IMG/VR virus record: IMGVR_UViG_3300020045_003042
Span: 1-33,334 of that record
Reading direction: 5' to 3' (one strand)
Length of the DNA: 33,334 nucleotides
From: a virus
Taxonomy: Duplodnaviria; Caudoviricetes
Positions 1 through 7,479 of this stretch are shown here, one piece after another. Numbering within the stretch: the stretch's first letter is position 1; the number at the start of each line of letters is the position of its first letter. A program made the translations under genes and the position numbers. The notes below the pieces were generated by a model. That model ran no database searches and was not told the origin of the DNA. It worked only from the letters and a program-made list of their open reading frames with translations.

Positions 1-240
1 ATGGAGGCTGCTGATTACACGGTGCCGTGTGACCGGTGTGGGGTAAAAGTCGATTCTCGGGCCGTATATAGCCAGCTCGAAAAAACCCGATTCGGCGGCA
101 AAATTGTGCCGGTCAAAGCCCATTATTGCAAAGCTTGTCATGGCGTACTGTCTGCCGTTGGTGCTGGAGAGCACACCGCGCTTGATGAGAGAGCTGCGGA
201 TATCCCGAGTTTTGAGCCAACCACAAAAACAGACCGATAG
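1..240 (+). CDS. hypothetical Zn-finger protein
   Basis: 79 aa ORF with two CxxC motifs (CDRC, CKAC); starts at the window edge, so the start cannot be verified. Confidence 0.55.
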   Translation: MEAADYTVPCDRCGVKVDSRAVYSQLEKTRFGGKIVPVKAHYCKACHGVLSAVGAGEHTALDERAADIPSFEPTTKTDR

Positions 241-263
241 CCCAACACATAGGAGATTGACAC

Positions 264-455
264 ATGAGCGACTTGACGTTAGCACAAAAGCGGATGATCG
301 GCAGACACCTCAGAGACAAATACACGGACGGGAGTGCGGTCCGGTTTGCTCAGGATGGGTCTGTATCAATCATGGTAGACGAGATGCCTAATACCAACCA
401 ACCAGGTCGGATATTTGCCGGGTGGGATACCGAGTTGTTGGCCCTGGCCGAATAA
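264..455 (+). CDS. hypothetical protein
   Basis: 63 aa; AGGAG RBS upstream of ATG. Confidence 0.7.
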   Translation: MSDLTLAQKRMIGRHLRDKYTDGSAVRFAQDGSVSIMVDEMPNTNQPGRIFAGWDTELLALAE

Positions 456-509
456 ACCAAAACCCCCATACCGGCGGGAAATGGGTATGGGTAAAACGGA
501 GACCAATAT

Positions 510-914
510 ATGAACAAAGAATATATCAACCCAATCAAGACGCTCCGCTGTCAAGTTTGCAACTTGCCGCCCGAGACCTACGAACCAACCGGAGACGCTG
601 TATATGACGCCATGCTGTCCGACCGATCCAGCCACGCAGTGTGCTGCATCATACACATCAAGGATGGGACTTTTAACATCCCGGTTTGCCATGATTGCGG
701 GCGCAAAAGTGAAGCCGATCTACTTCGGGCTATCGGTATCACGCCCGAATCTGGTACTCCAGGCGATCCCGAAAAGTGCTCATGGTCAACCGGATGTTTC
801 TCTCACAGGCTCGGGGTTAATTCATACCCGGTTACTGTAAAGCCAGAGACAAACCCAACAGAAACAACACACCCGCGCAGTTCGGAGACCGACAACATCC
901 CGGCGTCGAGGTAG
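510..914 (+). CDS. Cys/His-rich hypothetical protein, paralog 1
   Basis: GGAG RBS; first ~100 aa closely match 6320..6673 with mostly synonymous changes; CQVC, HAVCC and CHDC motifs. Confidence 0.8.
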   Translation: MNKEYINPIKTLRCQVCNLPPETYEPTGDAVYDAMLSDRSSHAVCCIIHIKDGTFNIPVCHDCGRKSEADLLRAIGITPESGTPGDPEKCSWSTGCFSHRLGVNSYPVTVKPETNPTETTHPRSSETDNIPASR

Positions 915-955
915 CATCTGAGTTTTTTGATCGTCGTGTGTTTTGCCTTGCCCAT
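803..955 (-). CDS. small hypothetical protein (50 aa, MGKAKHTT...)
   Basis: Strong AGGAGG RBS upstream of the ATG at 955; overlaps the non-conserved tail of 510..914 in antisense. Confidence 0.5.
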   Translation of the reverse strand: MGKAKHTTIKKLRCYLDAGMLSVSELRGCVVSVGFVSGFTVTGYELTPSL

Positions 956-1011
956 GTCCGGCCTCCTGATTTGTGGGTTTACCAACTCTTTAGATACACA
1001 ATCCCACTATT

Positions 1012-1026
1012 TTGACACTATGTCAA
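1012..1026. promoter_or_regulatory. palindrome TTGACA-CTA-TGTCAA (possible operator or -35 box)
   Basis: Perfect inverted TTGACA hexamers in an AT-rich intergenic gap; no strong -10 box on either side. Confidence 0.4.
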
Positions 1027-1075
1027 CAAATATTTTTCGGGTTTCGCATTTTTTTTTAATATTGCCGATAACCCC

Positions 1076-1387
1076 CTACCAGCTGATCGTGATCAGCGCC
1101 CCACACACAGCCCCAACACCATCAGCCACCAAGTCCCCGTTGTCAACCTCGCTGTCGGTTAGCTCCTTGGCATACCCGACAGCCATCGTCGCAAGGATCG
1201 ACCACATGGCCCTCTCCCACCCCGGCATATCCGGAGCGACATATTTCAGCGTTGAGCTTGCCGCCATCGCCAGGACCGTGCACCCCCCGGCATGAAAAAC
1301 CTTATCGGGTCCGACCTCAAGCGCCGGACAGGTTGTAGCCATTACCAAACAAATGATCACGATTAATCCGATGATTGCCTTTTTCAT
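1076..1387 (-). CDS. YfiM/VanZ-like small membrane protein
   Basis: Signal-like N-terminus; DKxxH, KExxD and DLxADxxGA motifs; hydrophobic segments. Confidence 0.6.
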   Translation of the reverse strand: MKKAIIGLIVIICLVMATTCPALEVGPDKVFHAGGCTVLAMAASSTLKYVAPDMPGWERAMWSILATMAVGYAKELTDSEVDNGDLVADGVGAVCGALITISW

Positions 1388-1584
1388 GTAGCCCCCAGTT
1401 CAGTTTCGACGGCTGCAATTGCCGCCTGTTTGTTTATGTTCATCCAGTTATCCCGGAGTCTGGCTCCGACAAGGTAGCGTTTCAAGAGTTCTTTTCTGGA
1501 CGTCTTGGTCTTTTCGCAAAAAGTCCCAAGGCCCTTGATGAATTTCAACTCCTGATATGTGTTCCATGTTTCCCAGTCGCCCAT
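1384..1584 (-). CDS. hypothetical protein
   Basis: 66 aa; GGGGG RBS; ATGA overlap with the next gene. Confidence 0.6.
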   Translation of the reverse strand: MGDWETWNTYQELKFIKGLGTFCEKTKTSRKELLKRYLVGARLRDNWMNINKQAAIAAVETELGAT

Positions 1585-1594
1585 ATATCCCCCC

Positions 1595-2016
1595 TTAAAA
1601 AATCAGCATCGCGGCATCCCGCTCTTCCTGGTTGGTCCTTGGCTTCCATCCCGTGAGTGCCCAAAAGGTTTTGGCGTCGATCTTGCCTTTTGGCAGAACT
1701 TCCTCATACTTTATCTCATGATGCTTGCAAAAGTCAACAAATAGTTTTCCTACGGCGTGGTTGGTGCCGACATTTTTAGCGATCTTCTGGGCCACTACGC
1801 CCTTCCTCCATGCCAGTTGCTTTTTGAGTGAAGCCATCCCGCCTCGATGTATACCACCAGAGAACCACCCATCGACCGGCACAAATAACTCACGGCTCTT
1901 ATCTCGTCACACACTTCAAAGAATCTCAAGGTTATGATGTCCTCAAGGATTCCGTCTGTCATGATGGCGTATCCAGATAGGCCGATGTCTGGGTCTATTC
2001 CAATTTTTACGTTCAT
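1595..2016 (-). pseudogene. RuvC-like Holliday junction resolvase, frameshifted near 1800-1810
   Basis: N half (1795..2016) has IGIDPD and VYIEAGW; C half in the -1 frame has VGTNHAVG and RTNQEERDAAML; one added base would join them. Confidence 0.7.
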
Positions 2017-2501
2017 TTGGTCACCCTCGCCTCAACGAGCCACTTAGCGTAATTCGCCGCCTTCTCGTCGTCCCTCTCGGGAGTTCCCTTCCAGTTCCGC
2101 CGCAGGGAATATTTCATCACGTTTCCGAGACAAAAGCCCTCGTACTGTTCCGGGGTCAACTTTGCCTTGATGATGTCCTGGACTTCGATTCCGCCAGCGT
2201 CATAATACGACGACTTTTCATCCCTGCTCATTTTCTCTCCTTCCATAGGCGTCCGGTACTCGGGCCAGCCAACAGTGACAGGGTTGGACATCAAATAGCA
2301 CCCATGAGCAAAAAAACACTCATTGCACTTATTGGCGAGCTTGGCCCATTCTCCGAAACATCCCGGCTTTTTGGGTTTTGTGTTGTGCGGAGCCGGGGCG
2401 GTTATAAGCTGGCAATCCCCGCAATCCTCGCACCCTGAACAGTTCCGGACTATAGACTCTCTTGTGTTATAGAACCCAAAACAAGCTGGCTTTTTCATCA
2501 C
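2013..2501 (-). CDS. DUF3310 (SaV / T7 gp1.7-like) protein with Cys-rich N-terminal repeat
   Basis: C-terminal YYDAGGIEVQDII...GFCLGNVMKY.LR...KG...D.EKA..Y motif; two KKPxCFG...CxxC units at the N-terminus. Confidence 0.75.
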   Translation of the reverse strand: MMKKPACFGFYNTRESIVRNCSGCEDCGDCQLITAPAPHNTKPKKPGCFGEWAKLANKCNECFFAHGCYLMSNPVTVGWPEYRTPMEGEKMSRDEKSSYYDAGGIEVQDIIKAKLTPEQYEGFCLGNVMKYSLRRNWKGTPERDDEKAANYAKWLVEARVTK

Positions 2502-2565
2502 TCCCCCTTTCTAAATCGTTTTTAAGCCCACCAAGCTTCAATCCCTACCCCACCCCTTCACCCGG

Positions 2566-3295
2566 TTACGATGTGCCGGGAAATATTAACTCCGGCTGTC
2601 TGGCCGGTTGTTTCGTGACTCGGCTCTCCCTCCCTGGTGTAAAAAGCTTCTTCTGGCTCAACTCTTGGAGAATCCGCTTCTTGGCGACCTCGCAATATTT
2701 CTCGGAGATTTCTATACCTATCCATTTTCGGCCAAGGCGTTCACAGGCTACGCCGGTTGTGCCGGAGCCGAAGAATGGGTCGAGGGTCAACATCGTCATG
2801 TTATATGCCTGTAGTATTTCAACTATTACCGAGACTGGTTTTTGTGTCGGATGGAACACGTTTTCGGTTCTGTCCCCAAAAATTACATCCGGTATTCGTT
2901 TTTTAAAAATATGGGATGGGCCTGGATAAAAACAGCAGGCCTCCCACTGTCTGCCGTGTTCGTGTTTAAGATCACCCATACTCCAGTTGTTTTTGACCCA
3001 TGCAAGCACGCTCTTGGGGGGGGGGCATCTCGCCTATGTTGTCCCACCGGCAGAAAAAATATGCAGCGCACCTCGCTTTTGTTTTTGCTCTTTCTATGGA
3101 ATCTATCGGCAGAATGTGGTCACCATGTATTTTGTCGTGCTTGTCGTTCCGGTGGTTGCTTTGAAAGTTCATCCCGTATGGGGGATCTGCGAGAACCAAA
3201 TCCACCGGCTCAAGCATCGGCATGATTTCCATGCAGTCGCCGCAGTAGATCACCCCGTTTTCGGTGCGGAAATATTCGTAATCGGACAGGTTCAC
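2566..3295 (-). pseudogene. N6A/N4C DNA methyltransferase (beta class), frameshifted at a G10 tract (3016-3025)
   Basis: GDC and DPPY in 2972..3295; HPTQKP and DPFFGSGTT in 2566..3009; a C9 tract would read through as [12 protein letters not shown]. Confidence 0.85.
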
Positions 3296-3627
3296 GCCGC
3301 CCTCCCCGCCAACCGCTCGCTATATCGAAGAAATGCCTCGACCCCTGCCTTGACCCCATCGGTCTGCTTTCTGAGTGCCGCCCTTGCCTTTAGCGCGTTT
3401 TCCCGGCGACCCTCAAGACTCTCCGGGGCTACGGGTTTGATCCCTATTCTCGGCTTCTTAGATAGAACAGGCTTGTCAATCTCAATTTCGTAGGTGGTAA
3501 GCCTATTTCCGCAATCTTTGCACTCATGCCGCCGTTTGTCAGAAACAAGGATCTCCCCGGCAATCTCAACTTGTGACTCCCGGACGTTGATTATCTTTGT
3601 GTTTTTTGATCCGCATCCGCACTTCAT
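3292..3627 (-). CDS. NrdR-like N-terminal Zn-ribbon protein
   Basis: [16 protein letters not shown]...[16 protein letters not shown] matches the NrdR Zn-ribbon pattern; no ATP-cone follows; GGAGG RBS. Confidence 0.7.
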   Translation of the reverse strand: MKCGCGSKNTKIINVRESQVEIAGEILVSDKRRHECKDCGNRLTTYEIEIDKPVLSKKPRIGIKPVAPESLEGRRENALKARAALRKQTDGVKAGVEAFLRYSERLAGRAA

Positions 3628-3658
3628 TTGCCGCCTCCGTTTTGTTTCAGTATGGCTT

Positions 3659-3687
3659 TTTATACCATCGCCATTTTAGAAACGCAA
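3659..3687 (-). promoter_or_regulatory. sigma70-type promoter
   Basis: TTGCGT-17 nt-TATAAA with extended TG, upstream of the Zn-ribbon gene. Confidence 0.55.
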
Positions 3688-3714
3688 GAATTATTTTCAA
3701 GACAACAAATCTTT

Positions 3715-5037
3715 TTAGGCGTCACCCATCCCACCATTCGCAAGATTTTCGAATGTTGTTCTGTGTGATATCCATGCCAGCTTGATGGTTCCGGTTCGTC
3801 CGGCCCTGAACTTGTCTATTATAAATTCAACAACCCCCCTCTGGTCTGTCCCGGGGTTGTAATATTCGTCTCGGTAAAGGAAGGCTATGACGTCTGCGTC
3901 TTGTTCTATTTCCCCTGAGTTCCTTAGATCGCTTCGCGTCGGGCGCTTGTTTTCGCGCTTTTCAACTTCCCTCGAAAGCTGGGACAACAACAGAATTGGG
4001 ATATTCAACTCGCGGGCAATCGCCTTTAGCCCTCTGGTTACGGTCCCGATTTCCAAATCTTTCCGCTCGGACTTAATGCCCTCAATATATTGGAGATAGT
4101 CGATTATTATCAACGGCGTTTTGTTTGTAGAGTATCTCTGAACAAACGTTCGGATCTTGCGTTGCACCCCCCGGATGTTGGCAGTAGGAGTGTCGTCAAT
4201 ATATAGCGGTGATCCTGAAATCTTAGCATATGCCGCGTTTATCTTTTGCCAATGGATCGCCTCAAAGTCACCGGTCCTGAACCTGGACCCGTCAACTCCG
4301 GACAAATCGGAAATCTGCCTGGAGATAACCTGGGTGCGGGACATTTCGATGGATATAACGCCGACGGCATGGTTTTTAGACGCAGCAGACAACGCCACCT
4401 TGAAGGCAAAAGCGGATTTTCCCATTCCCGGCCTTGCCCCAAGAAGATACAACTCTCCGGGCTGGAATCCTCCCAGGGCGTTATCAATATCAACAAGACC
4501 AGTATCAACCCCAATAATCCCCTTTTTGCTCTTTGCGGCCTCCCACCTGTCAAACGTTTCCATTTGGAGATCCCCAACCCTGAGCCACGAATCTTTAGCC
4601 GCGTTCTGGTCAACTCTGGCAAGTCTGTCTTGCAGCGAAGGTAAAATGTCAATTATCGACTCTCCATCGTAGCACTTCCGGACGGTTTCGGAACAAAGCT
4701 CAATAATATTGCGCTTGATGGATGCGGTTTTGATTATACCGGCGTATGCCTCAAGATCAACAGCAATGGGACACCCAAAAAGCTCTGAAACATTAGCCGC
4801 GCCCCCAGCAGGATCAAGTTTGTTTTTGTCTGACAACCACGAAGCGAGGCTGACAAGATCAACACCAACCCCGGCCTTGACCATAGCACACACGGCAGAA
4901 AATATTTCCCGGTGGGTGGTCCGGTAAAAGTCGTCGGCTGCCAATAGTTCAACCGCCTGTACAGCATCACCATGGATACACGCTGCAAGAAATGACTCTT
5001 CTGCGTCAAGCGCCTGTGGAGGTAATTTAGAAATCAT
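3715..5037 (-). CDS. dnaB: replicative DNA helicase DnaB
   Basis: PPQALDAEE N-terminus; Walker A GARPGMGKS; SIEM, IIDYLQ, LSQLSR and SDLRNSGEIEQDAD motifs. Confidence 0.95.
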   Translation of the reverse strand: MISKLPPQALDAEESFLAACIHGDAVQAVELLAADDFYRTTHREIFSAVCAMVKAGVGVDLVSLASWLSDKNKLDPAGGAANVSELFGCPIAVDLEAYAGIIKTASIKRNIIELCSETVRKCYDGESIIDILPSLQDRLARVDQNAAKDSWLRVGDLQMETFDRWEAAKSKKGIIGVDTGLVDIDNALGGFQPGELYLLGARPGMGKSAFAFKVALSAASKNHAVGVISIEMSRTQVISRQISDLSGVDGSRFRTGDFEAIHWQKINAAYAKISGSPLYIDDTPTANIRGVQRKIRTFVQRYSTNKTPLIIIDYLQYIEGIKSERKDLEIGTVTRGLKAIARELNIPILLLSQLSREVEKRENKRPTRSDLRNSGEIEQDADVIAFLYRDEYYNPGTDQRGVVEFIIDKFRAGRTGTIKLAWISHRTTFENLANGGMGDA

Positions 5038-5770
5038 CTTGGTATCTCGTTTTCGGGTTGAGGTCTAACATCTGGTGGCTCTGGCATATTGTCTGGGTTT
5101 TTGGCTTGTGATCTCTATTTTCTTCTTTAAACCACACTGATATCATTTTCTGCTTCCAGTTTTGGACCTTGTTGCCCTTTGAGTCTTTCCAGTCGGCTGT
5201 GGAATAATATTCAAAAGCCTTGTCTGCGGTAGACAGCGAGTATCCCTTCTCTGAGAAGAAAGATTCGACCTCTTGGATAGTGGGTGGTGCAAATGTGGAT
5301 TTTTGTTTTTTCGGTAAAGGGGATATAGGGGTTTTATTTATATCTGTATCTGTATCTGTATCTGTATCTGTATCTACACCGTTACAATTCCGTTTCTGTA
5401 ACGTTTCTGTAACGTTTCTTGAAACATTAATAATTTGTTTGTTTTCCCTATACTTACGCACTCTGCCAGTGCTTTTGTCGCTTGGGAATTGGCGCTTCTC
5501 CCAGTTTTTAATGCCTATGGTTTTCCGCTCATTTGTTTCATGTGTAATAATCAATTTGTTATACTCAAGTTTCAGTAACGTTTCAGAAACGTTTCTTCTA
5601 AGCTTCCAATTCAGATCGTCAACCGTCATTCCTGTATCGCCATTTTCGCCGCAACTACAGGCCAGGCAAAGAAGCTCAACCCATAGACGAAATTCAGCGT
5701 CAGGAAGCTTCCCGACCTTTGGATCGTCCACCATTTCACTATACATCCGGAACCAAGGCATACCACTCAT
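5027..5770 (-). CDS. phage replication initiator / replisome organizer
   Basis: WFRMYSEMVDDPKV N-terminus, RVRKYRE, (DT)n linker and PPTIQEV...WKDSKG...NWK C-domain; directly upstream of dnaB. Confidence 0.8.
   Translation of the reverse strand: MSGMPWFRMYSEMVDDPKVGKLPDAEFRLWVELLCLACSCGENGDTGMTVDDLNWKLRRNVSETLLKLEYNKLIITHETNERKTIGIKNWEKRQFPSDKSTGRVRKYRENKQIINVSRNVTETLQKRNCNGVDTDTDTDTDTDINKTPISPLPKKQKSTFAPPTIQEVESFFSEKGYSLSTADKAFEYYSTADWKDSKGNKVQNWKQKMISVWFKEENRDHKPKTQTICQSHQMLDLNPKTRYQDDF
5341..5375. repeat. (TATCTG)n hexamer repeat encoding the DT linker
   Basis: Five full units plus a partial unit read directly from the sequence. Confidence 0.9.
5391..5598. repeat. putative origin iterons, 11-bp unit CGTTTCWGWAA
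   Basis: Arrays at 5391-5419 and about 5569-5598 inside the initiator gene, with an AT-rich stretch after the first array. Confidence 0.6.
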
Positions 5771-5952
5771 TTGGAATCCCCCTAAATAAAAAAACCTTGC
5801 AAGTCACCGCTGACGCTCAAAGGAAATGGCGAGCCGGACTTTCACCGGATTGCTTGCAAGGAATACGTTGTTTAATTGGGGCCATGATTGATCCTTTTCA
5901 CATCAGCATGACCACAACCGCACAAAATCGGCAAGCTGTCAAGCCAAAAAAA

Positions 5953-6159
5953 CTATGCCCCAGTCAAGGCTTCGTGTTCGAACTCAAGCGCCGCTATTCG
6001 GTCCATAAAGTCAGCCCTTGGCACCCCCTCACCTTTTTCATATCTCACAATCGTCCGTTCCGTTTTGCCAGCCCACACCGCAAGTTTGTAGCGTGACCAG
6101 CCCAGCCGCTTCCGTAGATCGGCTATCCTCTGCCCATGAATATTGTCGTTGTTTTCCAT
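5953..6159 (-). CDS. XRE-family HTH regulator (Cro-like)
   Basis: RIADLRKRLGWSRYKLAVWAGKTERTIVRYEKGEGVP is an HTH_3 pattern; ATG at 6159 chosen from promoter geometry. Confidence 0.85.
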   Translation of the reverse strand: MENNDNIHGQRIADLRKRLGWSRYKLAVWAGKTERTIVRYEKGEGVPRADFMDRIAALEFEHEALTGA

Positions 6160-6165
6160 GGGCTG

Positions 6166-6193
6166 ATAGTACCACACCGGGGTAAATTGTCAA
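6166..6193 (-). promoter_or_regulatory. leftward sigma70 promoter
   Basis: TTGACA-16 nt-TACTAT with extended TG. Confidence 0.65.
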
Positions 6194-6237
6194 GATAAAA
6201 TAATTTAAAAAAATCGGCAGAATGTGAAAAATAATTA

Positions 6238-6266
6238 TTGACAACTGGAAATTGATATGGCATATT
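6238..6266 (+). promoter_or_regulatory. rightward sigma70 promoter
   Basis: TTGACA-17 nt-CATATT with TG extension and an AT-rich UP-like element. Confidence 0.65.
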
Positions 6267-6319
6267 GAGCCTAACGATGGGGAAGATTGCTCTGCATATT
6301 ATAGCAAAAGGGGTATCGC

Positions 6320-6673
6320 ATGAACAAAGAATATATCAACCCAATCAAGACGCTACGCTGCCAAGTTTGCAACCTGCCGCCTGAGACATTCGACACCACC
6401 GGCGATGCGGTGTATGACGCTATGGTCTGGGAGCGGTCCAGCCATGCCGTGTGCTGTATTATGCATATCCAGGACGGGGTTTTTAACATCCCGGTTTGTC
6501 ATGACTGCGGGTGCAAAAGCGAGGCCGCGCTACTCCGGGCTATCGGCGTCACTCCCGAATCTGGGACGCCCGGAGACCCGGAAAAATGCACGTGGTCAAC
6601 CGGTTGTTTTTCTCACAAGCTGGGTAAGTGCCTTTTAAACTCAACCCCGGAGAGGTGCGATTATGTCAGATGA
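6320..6673 (+). CDS. Cys/His-rich hypothetical protein, paralog 2
   Basis: AGGGG RBS; paralog of 510..914. Confidence 0.85.
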   Translation: MNKEYINPIKTLRCQVCNLPPETFDTTGDAVYDAMVWERSSHAVCCIMHIQDGVFNIPVCHDCGCKSEAALLRAIGVTPESGTPGDPEKCTWSTGCFSHKLGKCLLNSTPERCDYVR

Positions 6674-6869
6674 GATTATCTCCACGGAAGATCCAGAGTC
6701 GATCCTTGATTCGATTAAAGGCAGCACCTCGGATAGGCTCTTTAATATGCTGTTGATTTCAGAGCGGCGGCTTTTAGTTGCAATCGAGGACGTTAGGGCC
6801 ATCCAGGCTATCATCTGCGCTATTCAGTGCGAATTGGGGCGGCGTAGAATTGTTGACATAAAAGCTTAA
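6663..6869 (+). CDS. hypothetical protein
   Basis: 68 aa; GAGG RBS; overlaps the previous stop codon. Confidence 0.65.
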   Translation: MSDEIISTEDPESILDSIKGSTSDRLFNMLLISERRLLVAIEDVRAIQAIICAIQCELGRRRIVDIKA

Positions 6870-6880
6870 AGGGGGATCAA

Positions 6881-6949
6881 ATGGAATTTGCAGGATTTCC
6901 GAAAATGGCAAGATATAGCCGAGAAGCGATAGCCAGTGAGAATAGTTGA
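6881..6949 (+). pseudogene. orphan 5' fragment of the RNA ligase
   Basis: MEFAGFPKMARYSREAIASENS* matches FVPFPKMPRLSREAIVSE of 7454..8017 at 13 of 18 residues; has its own GGGGG RBS. Confidence 0.8.
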
Positions 6950-6974
6950 CAGACAAAGCAATTTGTGCCATAAT
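6946..6974 (+). promoter_or_regulatory. sigma70 promoter for HNH-ligase
   Basis: TTGACA-17 nt-CATAAT with TG extension. Confidence 0.7.
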
Positions 6975-7011
6975 GCCCGTGCGGATCAAATAACTCTAAC
7001 GGGGGGGTATT

Positions 7012-7479
7012 ATGGAGCTAACCAAGAATTGCAGGAAATGCGGAGCAGCTTTTACATTTGGGCCGGAGACAAAAGTAAAACATTTTTGTAGTAAACAATG
7101 CCGAGAGTCTCATTGGGTAGAGAATAACAGGGAAAAACACAACCGGAACGTAAGAGAATATCGTGCGAGGCGATACGCGAGTGAGGGGCAATGGCATAAT
7201 AACTCCCCCAAAGCTGTGGCCGCCAAAGCATGGATGAATGAAATAAAATCAAAGCCATGTCGGGACTGTGGCGGAATTTTTGAAGTTTGTTGTATGGATT
7301 TCGACCACAGGGAGGGAACAAAAAAAACTTATAATATAGGGAGCATGTTTGCACATCACTATAGCGCAGAACTTATTCAAATCGAATTAGATAAGTGCGA
7401 TCTTGTGTGTGCCAATTGTCATAGAATCCGAACCAGAGACAGGAGGATAGGAAGTGGAAAATATAAAGCATCTGTTTAA
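7012..7479 (+). CDS. HNH endonuclease
   Basis: PCRDCG...MDFDH...CDLVCANCHRIRT; N-terminal CRKC...FCSKQC Zn motif. Confidence 0.85.
   Translation: MELTKNCRKCGAAFTFGPETKVKHFCSKQCRESHWVENNREKHNRNVREYRARRYASEGQWHNNSPKAVAAKAWMNEIKSKPCRDCGGIFEVCCMDFDHREGTKKTYNIGSMFAHHYSAELIQIELDKCDLVCANCHRIRTRDRRIGSGKYKASV

Noticed and set aside
5341-5419. CRISPR-like array
   Set aside because: Tandem 6-bp and 11-bp units without spacers, inside a CDS; no cas genes.
510-6622. DGR template/variable repeat pair
   Set aside because: Differences are mostly synonymous and involve all bases rather than adenines only; both copies are ORFs with RBSs; no reverse transcriptase is present in the window.
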